A stretch of DNA of 64,000 bases from Puccinia triticina (Eukaryota). Location: contig CP110439.1 in NCBI GenBank assembly GCA_026914245.1, positions 2,976,001-3,040,000 of the forward strand, read 5' to 3'. Position numbers and translations under genes: made by a program. The notes under the pieces were generated by a model, which searched no databases, was not told where the DNA came from, and was given only the letters and a program-made list of their open reading frames with translations. Positions 51,779-62,056 of this stretch are shown here, piece after piece (position 1 is the first letter of the stretch; each line of letters starts with the position of its first letter).

Positions 51779-53002
51779 GGCTGCCGGGTCCGTTTCTGAT
51801 ACTCCTTGCTGCTGAGCTTGACCTTCTTGTCCATCTCAGCCATCAGGTCTTCCAGGCCTTTCACCGACGCTCATTCGGCCGCGCCTTTGTCGACGAACTC
51901 TTGCCAGTTGGCGCCGCGCCTCGGGGCTCTGTCTGGGTGGCCTTGTTGGACCGAGGGGCGTGCTGAAGGCGTGGCGTGGGGCGTTCTTGGTTGGTGTTTC
52001 GCCAGGGCAATGGGCGGGCGTGGTATGAGGAGCGTCCCCGTGGCAGTTACGGGTTGGCGAGGCGTGGTGTGGCGAGAGGTGTCGTGCGGTGGTGCTGGTG
52101 GGTATGTATATAAGGGGAGGGAAGTGGGACCATTGATCCGCAGGGGATTCGGTTTCGTCCGCCCCCTCCCTGGGAGCCCCCTAACTGCTTGGTTAGGCCC
52201 TCCCTGGACAGCTTACCAACCGGCCCACTTTTGCTCGTTGCTCCGGCACAGCTGGAGGGTCATCCATAGGGCCTTCGGGTCTTCGGGGATATTCAACGTG
52301 CCAAGTGAGATTAAGGGGCACGTTTTGCCCCATTTTGTGAGAAAAAAACACCCCAAAACTTAGATCTACAGATCTAGAATTCTGTGGATTTAAGAAAGTG
52401 GGATAATTATATTGGTGCCAAACGGGGCCTGAATGTGAAGGTGTAAAACAAAAAACATAACCTTACAGAGGCCTATAAAGTCTGGGTGCCTCTCAGGCCA
52501 AGATCACCATTAAGGGATGATTTCTTACCAGAGGGAGGCCAAACTAAAATTAAACCCTGCAGCGGCACAGCCGCCTTAGCCTCTAGTAAGGGCTAAAAAC
52601 AAAAAATAGGACTTGTAGGTCTGCATCTTCAATGAAAAATGTTTACCAGATACGCTCCATGTATTATATTTGTTTCAGAGTTGCAGGTACCTGGTATACC
52701 CGCCCAGCACACGCCAGTGGGTGCTGGGTGCGGGTGCGGGTGTCAAAAATTTGCAAAATTTCAGGTGGGTACCCGCACCTGCAGTGGGTACCTGGGTGCA
52801 AGAGACCATCTCTACTGGTGATTAAGTGGGGTGAATTGGGGGCAAGCCCTTTCATACATTCAAGGTGCCGAGGGCTTCACAATGGTAAGGTTCAAGAAGG
52901 CAGTTTCAAATTTTCATTCAGATATCTTATTGTGATCAGGAAAAAGAGTACAACATTTGCAAGTAAAATCAATGATCCAGCTACAATAAATTTAGCCACA
53001 GC

Positions 53003-53641
53003 CTAAAACTGGATCAATACAATTCAATACAATATTCTGGGTTTTTTCATATCGCAACGTCACCGTGTTACCTTTTTTTTCAGTTACTGTTAACGGTAAC
53101 AATTCTTTTTGCGCCTTGCACGTATCAAAACAAGTCAATTTTCGTAAGATTGTTACCAGTATGGTAACACAAATAATGCAATAATGGTGTTTTTCCAGCC
53201 AAAAAAGGCTAAAAAAAGCCAAAAAACCCACAATACCACTGCAATATTGACATTAGGGGGTTTCAAAGTTGGCCAGATGCAACTTGCATGCACTTTTGCA
53301 AGTCGGTGTTCAAGTTCATTCTTGAACACTGAGTTGCAAAAGTGCATGCAAGCCACACTGTACTACACCCTCTAAGCCTGCTTGAATGTTTTTTTTGAAA
53401 TTTGGTCTTCAATAAAAGCCTTCAACACCAACTTGCAAAAGTGCATGCAAGTTGTGCATGGCCAACTTTGAATCCCCCTATTATATCAGCAGCAATATTG
53501 TAATGGCGGAAAATAGAATTAATGATCTAAATCTACTATTGGTAATGCACTGCTGTTACTGGTAACAGTAACGGTAACATGCCAAAAATTGATATGATAT
53601 TGTTATGTTACCGTTACTGGTATCATATTGACCCAGTGTTG
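53003..53641. mobile_element. MITE resembling the left end of the hAT element
   Basis: Ends similar to CAACACTGGGTCAATA; flanks CCACAGC/CCACAGG; GTAAC/GTTAC subrepeats. Confidence 0.65.
53255..53479. mobile_element. Harbinger-like MITE nested in 53003-53641
   Basis: TIR AGGGGG(T/A)TTCAAAGTTGGCCA; TSD ATT. Confidence 0.75.
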
Positions 53642-53802
53642 CCACAGGCCAGTAGAATAGCACAGTTTAATGCCACTAAGACTACATATATCTTATATCA
53701 GCTGACACACAAGTCAAATTTTAAAAACCACAGCTGTTTTCACATTAGAGATGGAACTAGAGGCCAAGGCGGCTTTTCCGCTGCAAATTGTAGGCTCAGT
53801 TG

Positions 53803-56800
53803 CAACACCGGGTCGATACAATTCAATACGATATTGAGCCCAATTTTGTATCGAATCGATCCCCGTTATCTAAACGGACCGTTACCGTTAGCAGTAACGG
53901 CTGTTTCTGTGGCCGGGGGGTAGCGTAACGAGGGCGGAATTTTTTTTGGGCTGAGGATGCGGTAACGAAACGCGCTGCAACGCGTGGTAGCGCCCTGTAA
54001 CGCGTTTGACCCCTGTACCCCCCTGAGTTTCAGTGTCACCCCTGCAGTTTAATGGAATGCATCGTGAATAACTGTCCAGGATAAAGTCCATTACCCAACA
54101 GGATCTCTCAAAGCAGTCTGTAGTCATTTGATTCTCAAGAAGCCTTGTATTTGCTGTTCAAACTTCATTGTTGCCATTGTCCATTATAATCAAACTCATC
54201 AACAATGCCACCAAAATCAAACAATCAAACTAATAGTACCGAAGACGCGAATGCCAGCGGATACGCGACGGACCAGTCTCAACTCCGTCGCTCCAATCGA
54301 GCTTCTTCTGTGACTGTCGAACCAGGCATGGTCCCAACTGGCTCCGACTCCCGGCTCAAACTGACCAAACCAGCTAGAAAGGTGGCGGCCCCTTCTTCGG
54401 AATCTGGCGCTTCAACAGCCCCGGGCCCCAGGGTTAGGCCGAAGAAAAAAAGGGTAATTGAAGAGGAGTCGTCTGCGACGGAAGCCTCCCCTGCTATTAT
54501 TGTCAAAAAAAAAACAAAGCCAAAGAAGACAACCACAAAGAGCTCAGCGGGGCAGGACAAGGTGCGTGTAGAAGGGTGATCTTACATTAAAAATTATGTT
54601 GACAATATTTCTTGCGTGTTTGTTAGTTGAACTCAAACAGCGAAGCCCATGACTTCAGTCAGGATACAGATGCTTCGATTGAGATTGGTCCGAGGGAAGC
54701 TAAAAAAAAAATAGAAAAAGAGTATGACGATATCTTGGATTACTTTGAAGAGCCGTTTCGGAAGAAAAACGACAAGATAAACACTCCGATAAATTATAAA
54801 TGTAAATGGTGCGGAGAAATTTATCGTGCGCATGCGACTTCTAGAGGGAACTTGAAGGTACATCGTGATGGTTCCAATCAGTCCGAAAAGAAGAGCCACG
54901 GCTGCGCAAGGCGAGATGAAGCAAAGAAGAGAGGTGCAAAATTACCTCTCTCAGTGGCTGAGTGCAATCTTGCCCAAGCCAATGGCGGGGGTGATCCTAA
55001 GCAGCCCGCCATCAGCGGTTTTCTTCAGAACAAGCAGATCTTTGTCAATCGGGTTCTAAACCAATTGATAATGATCTGGCAGATCCGACAGGCACTGCCA
55101 TGGTCTCGGATTGAAGACCCAACACTTCGTGCGGCCTTTCAGTACACAAATCCAAAGGCTTTTCTATACGGTCAAAGGTGGTCGGCTGATGAGTCCAAAA
55201 AGTTGTACTCAATGCTCAAGAAGACAGTTTTTGACGAGTTGAATGTAAATTTTCTACACTTCCTTCTTGTGAATATGAGTGTATAACTGATACTGTTGTT
55301 TTTTGATGAAGAACCTCGACACCAAGTTCACCCTGATCCATGATGTATGGACAACAAAGGGGAACCGGTTTGCCTTCATTGGTGCCTCAGTGGCTTACGT
55401 CAATTCAGACTGGGAGTATACAGTCCGACATTTGACTCTGAAAATGATTCCATGGAAACATTATGGTCATTTGCTTGCGCGGCCCATCGCAAGCCTCCTC
55501 AACAAGAAGAAGTTGTTTCAAAAGATGTTGGCGCAGACTACCGACTCTGGCTCCAACAACAACACCATGGCCGACGAAATGTATAGCTTGTTATATGCCA
55601 ATGAGCCGCCAAACACAGACTCATGGGATCCAATGACTATGCACATCCGGTGCTTCTGTCACAAGCTGGCCTTAATAGTTAATGCCGGCCTCAATGCGTT
55701 ATCACTAAAAACTCTTCCTCCAGAAAAAACAAAGGAGTCTGTCTTAGGATTCTTCCCCATTCTGGGGAGAATCTCCGAGGAGGCTGAGGAAGATCTCAAT
55801 GGCGCGGCTGGATTAGCGGCTCCTTCAGAATCACCGGCCCTCGCACCTTCCCTCATAGATGATTGTGCTTCTGAAAGCGACTACGGAAATGCCAATGATG
55901 AACTCTCTGATACGGATACCGGCAACTCTCGCGATGCTCTCAATGGCAATCAACCTGCCGCTGCAGCAGCTACGGCAAAGCACAATAAGACTAGCGAGAT
56001 TCAAGTACTCATCAACAAGCTTGATACGGTGATCAAACAGATCACCCGATCTGCCGCTCAGCGAGGCAGTTTTGATCGTATGGCAGCAAAATTAGGCGTA
56101 AAGGTAGCGCCATTGATTGCCGGTTATGGCATCCGATGGAACATAAAATACGAAAGCCACCGCAAAGCCATTGATGCCAGAGAAGTAATTGACCAACTTC
56201 TTAAGGAAGATCAACAGCAGAACAAAGCTGGAATATTCAATGATGTACTGTTTTCTCCTCGAGATTGGAAAAAGATTGACGACTTGAATCGCGAGCTTGA
56301 GGTATGTGGGTTTCATGCTAAACATAATTGCTCTGCTATTATACTGACACAAAAAACATCCACAGGTCTTTGTCAAACTAACCTTACACATGGAAGGAAA
56401 TCAGGGGACCGGCGCGCATGTGATACCGAAATATCTAGAGCTTAAGGAGCAGCTCTCCGGAAAAGTGGACCGGTCAAAAGAGTCCGACATGCTGTATCCA
56501 ATGTACTGCTCAATGCTGGTGTGTGTGGAGAAGTACTTGGCCGAAGCCATGGCGTGTGAGACACTCCAACTGGCGACTATTCTGCATCCGTGCTACCGGA
56601 TACATATCTTCAAACTTGTGTTTGGACCAGACAGTGCCGAGGTCAAGGAGTGCGTTGAACTCCTCAATCGCAGATTCAAGGATTACAAGGAAAAACCAGT
56701 CTCAACATTGGACGCCCCCAAAGCAGAGGTCACCCTCATTGAAGAACCACGGGACTCGGAGACAGAGCCGTCCTCACTCATGGCTCGCCTGGCATCTTCT

Positions 56801-57438
56801 ATGGCTCAGAAGCCAGCAACTCCGCACGAAAACGAGGTTGAGACATTCCTCAAAGCAGATCTGACCTTCACCAGCAAGGAAATACACGACAAATCCACTC
56901 CGTTGAGGTGGTGGAAGGCCAACTGCACCACCTATCCGGCACTCTCTCGCATGGCCCGCGCATACCTCGGTTGCTCGGGCAGTTCATGCGCAGTCGAGCG
57001 ATTATTTTCGGCTGCTTCTGATGTTTGCAGCAGTAGGCGAGGTGGCCTACTCCCTTCAACCATGTCTCGCTGCGTCAGCAGCTTGATGTGGTTGAGGGAG
57101 CAAGTCCCTCTCACCGGCGACTTTGAGGAGGCGGGAAGAGCATTGGCAGCTCTGGTTCCTGCACCCAAGAAGAATGTGGGCGCTTGAATGCCAAATCCTT
57201 CTTTTGTACATAGATTTCGTTACCAGTAACAATTCATAAACACATCTCCCAATATTGTATCGAATAAAATTCTAACCTCTGACGCAAAAAAATATCGTAT
57301 TGCGCCCAAAAAAATAACGTAAAAATATTAAATTAGCGGTAGCGCAAAGCCGTTACCAGTAACGGCAACGGTAACGCACCAAAAACCGATACGGTACCGT
57401 TACGATGCCGTTACTATTATCGTAACTACCCAGTGTTG
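53803..57438 (+). mobile_element. Autonomous hAT-type transposon (3636 bp) with 7-bp TSD
   Basis: TIR CAACAC(C/T)GGGT; TSD TCAGTTG (53796-53802, 57439-57445). Confidence 0.92.
54205..57187 (+). CDS. hAT-family transposase, about 928 aa
   Basis: Exons 54205-54561, 54627-55244, 55312-56301, 56366-57187 in frame; BED-like CKWC...H, IHDVWT, TDSGSNN, RCFCH, RWN, WWK...SSCAVERLFS dimerisation domain. Confidence 0.93.
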
Positions 57439-58683
57439 TCAGTTGTCAAACTGACACAACACAACAAAATATTGGACCAATCATTTGTATTGTATTGATT
57501 TTCCACTACACAAGAACTTGACCTGGGTGTATTCTATACAATCAAGAAGACAATAAATCTTGATTTTATTTCCTAGTCTAACCCAAAAATATCTGGAATC
57601 TTGTATTGTATCACCACTGGGCCTCTACACTACAGTATGCTACAGGGGCATGTGAGCTTCTAATCTGCTTTGCGGTACTATAAAGCATATTTAGTGACAA
57701 AAAAACACCAAATAACTCTGCAGTGCAGCTTGGTAGGAGGTATTGCTACTTTGTGGCCTGTGCACACAGCGCTAGCAAACAAGCAGAAATTTGCTACACT
57801 ACATTAAGTCAGATCAGAATTTTGCTACTTTAGGCCACACTAATTCTATTGGCACAGCTGGACCACTCTTGGTTTTAATATTAGGACAGTTGGAATATAG
57901 CAATTGAGGCCCGTTGCTAGTTTTTGTATGCACTTGAGTGCTGCCTGTTGGTTTGGAAAATTCATTCATTTCCCAGCCAAATTAGCTTGGTCAGCAACAG
58001 AGCTTCAGGTGCTAAGGTCATAAAGTTAATACGTAGGTTGTTGGCTGCTACATTCACAGCAGACATTTTGCAGCCTTAGTTTTTGTGTTACATCTTGGAA
58101 CATTTTCAAGCTCACACATGCACAACTGAAACAAAAAGAAAATTGGGACTCCAAAGACTTATAACAAGCATGCAAGAAATCCAATAAGTGGAAATAGATC
58201 AACTATTAGTTTTTAGGAACTTAAAAGATGTTCATGTGTTTGCAAGATTCAAGCTTGCAACCACATGATCTCACTTCAAGACTTTGGGCCAATAACCATG
58301 TACTATGGGACTTAGGTCTTACAGTAGAAAAAATAGTTTGGGTTCCCATGCAACAGGGTGCCAGTTGAATTTTGGATGTCAACTTGCAGTGGGAATGGCA
58401 CCAGCAGGTGCACACAGCATGCAAACACTACAGTAATTGATGTTGACTTCACCATGCAGCATCTTGATGACCATAGTGACTTTCATTAACTACAAGTAAC
58501 CACACTTGACACCCAACCACTCCCCCAATGACCAGAAACCATATCAAGGGGGAGGGGGATCCATGCTTGCCTCTTGATGGCCAACAAAAGCCTGCCCTCA
58601 AGAGGGACCAGCTCTTGTGTTGGCTGGTAAGTTGTAACAGCCACTCACCACGTTATAAATGGCCATTGTGAGGAGCATGTCAG

Positions 58684-59035
58684 TGTAAGGGTTGGGAGAC
58701 CCTTCACTGTTCGGAGGCGGAGGGACAAGGCAGTGAGGCCTTGGAGCAGTTCTAGAAACAATCTTGGGGGGCTTTATTTCATAGAGCTAGCTCAGTGAGA
58801 GAGGGATCAGTCCGGGGTCTCTCTGTACATACAAGATGAATCATAGAAGAAGGAGAAGAAAGGTAGTGAGAAGCTTACCTAGCTCAGTGAGAGAGGGATC
58901 AGTCCGGGGTCTCTACTGAGCTAGGTGGGAAGCAGGGAAGTGAAGACTATATAGCTGAGAATCAAATACAAGCTGATGTAATCAGGGATAGTCTTGTGTA
59001 ACATTGTGAAACCCAAGGGGAGCGCGGGCTTCACA
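58684..59035. mobile_element. Solo LTR (352 bp)
   Basis: TG...CA, 5-bp TSD GTCAG; internal 35-bp duplication. Confidence 0.75.
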
Positions 59036-59079
59036 GTCAGGATCTTCCGGACATTGAGAGAAGTACAAACTCACCTCAA

Positions 59080-60015
59080 TGGCCTATTTGTTCCGGACAT
59101 TGGGGCAGATTTTACTCCTCTCAATGAACAGAGCAAACCAGTCATCAAGAGTACATCAATGGCCGGTTTGTTCTGGTCATCAGGAGGAGTAAACACTCAT
59201 CGTGATGGCCGCTCTGTTCCGGTTATCAAGAGTAGTGTACTCCCCTCAATGACCGGATTGTTCCAGTCATCAGGAGGAGTGTGCTACCCTCAATGACCGG
59301 ATTGTTCCAGTCATTGAGAGGAGTCTACTCCCCTCAATGACCGGATTGTATGACCAGATTATTCCAGTCATTGGGAGGGGTGTACTCCCCTCGATGACCG
59401 GATTGCTCCAGTCATCCAGAGGAGTGTACTCCCCTCGATGACCGGATTGCTCCAGTCATCCAGAGGAGTGTACTCCCCTTGATGACCGGATTGCTCCAGT
59501 CATTGGGAGGAGTGTGCTCCCCTCGATGACTGGATTGCTCCAGTCATTGGGAGGAGTGTACTTCCCTCAATGACCGGATTGCTCCAGTCATCGAGAGGAG
59601 TGTACTCCCCTCAATGACTGGATTGTATGACCGGATTGTTCCAGTCATTGAGAGGAGTGTACTCCCCTCAATGACCGGATTGTATGAACGGATTATTCCA
59701 GTCATTGGGAGGAGTGTACTCCCCTCGATGGGAGTGTGCTCCCCTTGATGACCGGATTGCTCCAGTCATCGGGAGGAGTGTGCTCCCCTCGATGACCGGA
59801 TTTCTCCAGTCATTGAGAGGAGTGTACTCCCCTTGATGACTGGAACAGAGTGTTGATTGAGAACTGGATTGTTCCAATCATTGAGAGGAGTGTACTCCCC
59901 TCGAGGCTTGATGACTGGAACAGAGCATTCAGAGAGAGAAGTACATACTCTCCTCGATGGCCTGCACATCTGGCCATCAAGAGGAGGGTCAATGAATAGA
60001 CTCCTCTCAATGAGG
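59080..60015. repeat. 44-bp double-hairpin minisatellite
   Basis: Unit ATGACCGGATTGTTCCAGTCATTGAGAGGAGTGTACTCCCCTCA, more than a dozen copies; degenerate copies also at 60790-61170. Confidence 0.92.
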
Positions 60016-61810
60016 AGTGGTTCAGCCGCCATTTTGACCGCGCCAACTATTTATTGTCTTTAGTCATGTATGTGAGTGTTCCATACAAGCAGGTTGTTGG
60101 GGTCATTTTGACCATCACTTTATCATTACAGCCCTTTACAGCCCCAAATTACGCTGTTTGGCCAGGCTGGATCTGCAGGAACCTGTCCCGGAGAGGGTGG
60201 AAGCTTGGCAAGGGAGATGGCAGCGGGGCGGCAGCAATGTGGCATTTAATGTAATGTGGAAACGGGGACGTGTCATGTTGAATGGAGCTGGCCATGGCAT
60301 AGCCGTGGCAACAAGTGCGGCTGGATCATCCCAGTGGAAGAGTGGGTAAATAAGGAGGGCAACATGAAGCAGAAATGTCCCCCAGGGGTTCCAGTTTTGT
60401 TCGCCCCCTCCCTGGAAGCCCCCTAGTTGCTTGATTAGGCCCCTCCTTGTCAGCTCTTTCACAGAGTCTTTCACAACCGGCCCTTTTTTGCTTGTTGCTC
60501 TGGCACAGCTGGAGGGTCATCCATAGGGCCTTTGGTCTTTGGGGATATTTTCAACAGCTGTGTTTATTTTCTAAATTTTGTGCTCTTCTGTTGTGCAATT
60601 TCTAAATCCAAAATACGCCAAAACTTAGATCTAGGTTTCCACATTTGTGTGGATTTAAGAAACTTGGATCAGGTATTTTTTTCCAGGTACCTTGTGTCTG
60701 TGGGCAGGTACCTGTCAGCATCCAACAGGTTACAGTACCTACTGGCAGGTGGGGGTGCATGTGTCTGGCTTGTGTACCCCCCTATAACCACCCTCATAAG
60801 GGCTGGCCATCCAGGGTGTACATACTTCTCTCAATGGCTGGTACAGTTCAGTCATTGAGAGGAGTATATACTCCCTTGATGTGGTCTGTACTGGCCATTG
60901 AGGGGAGTGTGTTCCTCTCAATCAACAGAACAGACTGGTCATTTAGCGAATTAGGTACTCCTCCAGTTCAGCCATTGAGGGGAGTAGGTCTCTTGATGAC
61001 CAACCTGTTCCAGTCATTAAGAGGGGTACTTACTCCCCTTGAATTGGGGAGTAAATACTCCTATCAATGACCGGAATGGACCTGTCATTGAGGGGAGTAG
61101 GTACTCTTCTTGATCACCAGAACAGCCCGGTCATCAGGGGGACTACCTTTGTACTCTTCTTGATCACTGGATTTTCATTCCTGTCCATTTAAATGCAAAA
61201 AAGACAGGCCATTATAGTGGCATTGATATGGTTTGGCGGCCATCCTGTTACCTGTAGGCTGTTGGGAGGTATGATTTTGCCAAAGAAAGGGGTTAAACCC
61301 GCAGGTACCTGGGCACCTGCTTTCTGCCCTGTGAACAGGTGCAGGTGTGGGTGCAGGTTTTGAGAATATGATGTTTTTATAAGGAGGTACCAGCACCCAT
61401 GGCGGTGAACTTAACAAAGTCCCTTGAGACTTTGGGGGTGAACTTGCAAAGCAAGCCTCCATCAGGAGGGACTTACCCCTTAGCTCCCCAAACTCGCGCA
61501 CCAAGAATGGATTTTCAAGGCATTTTGTTTAACCACATCCACTCCAATTTTATTATCTCAATCTCATTGGAACATGCTGCAGAAAATCATACACATTTTT
61601 TTACCTCCCATGATCCCCTCTATGTTCTGGTAGATAGCAAACTGTGGAAGCTGAGTTGGGGAGTGTCAGCCTTAGAGTCAGTGTAGCTGACCTAAAGTCT
61701 GCCTTTTTTACCTTTTTACATATGAATTGCTTCATATCTTTTCCATCTTAAGAGATATACTTGTTTTGAACTCATATTCTGTTTCCCCATGCAGTTTCAA
61801 CCCTAGTTAC

Positions 61811-61893
61811 TGTTGAACGTGTGAAAAGTATGGTCCGAGTGAAGTGGGTATTGAACCCACAACCTCGTGTGCTGTGAGAGTCAAACTCACATA

Positions 61894-61935
<42 letters not shown>

Positions 61936-62056
61936 ACATTGCATAGAAATGAGTTTGAGGTGATGACACACATAATATGTGAGAGGTTGCAAACTAAGTG
62001 CATTTAACATTGGAATTGTGGTACGCTGCAACTGAGCAGGCAATCTACTCTCAATA
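61811..62056. mobile_element. 246-bp solo-LTR-like insertion containing a tRNA-derived sequence
   Basis: TGTTGA...TCAATA ends, 5-bp TSD GTTAC; absent from the homologous LTR at 1687-2527. Confidence 0.75.
61866..61937 (-). pseudogene. tRNA-like cloverleaf with degenerate anticodon arm
   Basis: Acceptor GTGTACT/AGCACAC, D arm GCTC-AATGGTTA-GAGC (A box), T arm GTGAG-TTTGACT-CTCAC; a second T arm GTGGG-TTCAATA-CCCAC and ...GACCA follow at 61831-61865. Confidence 0.7.

Larger units (their letters stand above)
48391..52403 (-). mobile_element. Non-autonomous Helitron (4013 bp) carrying a host gene fragment
   Basis: Minus strand A|TCCCAC...hairpin GCGGC-GCA-GCCGC...CTAG|T; no TSD; both ends homologous to 53757-60668. 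Confidence 0.88.
48031..52429. mobile_element. PIF/Harbinger-like foldback MITE (48031-48390 plus 52404-52429) split by a Helitron
   Basis: TIR GGCCC(C/T)GTTTGGCACC; TSD TGA; removing 48391-52403 restores CACCTATAATTAT, matching the left arm. Confidence 0.85.
45197..52586 (+). mobile_element. Non-autonomous Helitron (outer) with nested elements
   Basis: A|TCTCTACTA 5' end; 3' hairpin GCGGC-ACA-GCCGC then CTAG|T; no TSD; splits the arms of the host MITE. Pairing of the two ends is inferred. Confidence 0.6.
31250..52814. mobile_element. hAT-type MITE expanded to about 21.5 kb by nested insertions
   Basis: TAGAGATGG...CCATCTCTA ends; 8-bp TSD CTGGTAAT/CTGGTGAT; internal pieces 44971-45080 and 52590-52700 are inverted arms. 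Confidence 0.65.
53757..60668 (-). mobile_element. Non-autonomous Helitron, same family as 48391-52403
   Basis: Minus strand A|TCCAAG...CTAG|T; 60400-60668 homologous to 52140-52403; 3' end homologous to 48391-48420. Confidence 0.8.

Noticed and set aside
48031..52429. Pack-Harbinger element capturing PEP7
   Set aside because: The cargo lies inside a Helitron that interrupts the MITE's right arm at an AT site.
59080..60015. CRISPR-like array
   Set aside because: Units abut with no unique spacers, no cas genes are present, and the context is eukaryotic.
61866..61937. Functional tRNA gene
   Set aside because: Anticodon stem has a mismatch, no U33, T loop reads TTTGA, and it sits in a TSD-flanked insert.
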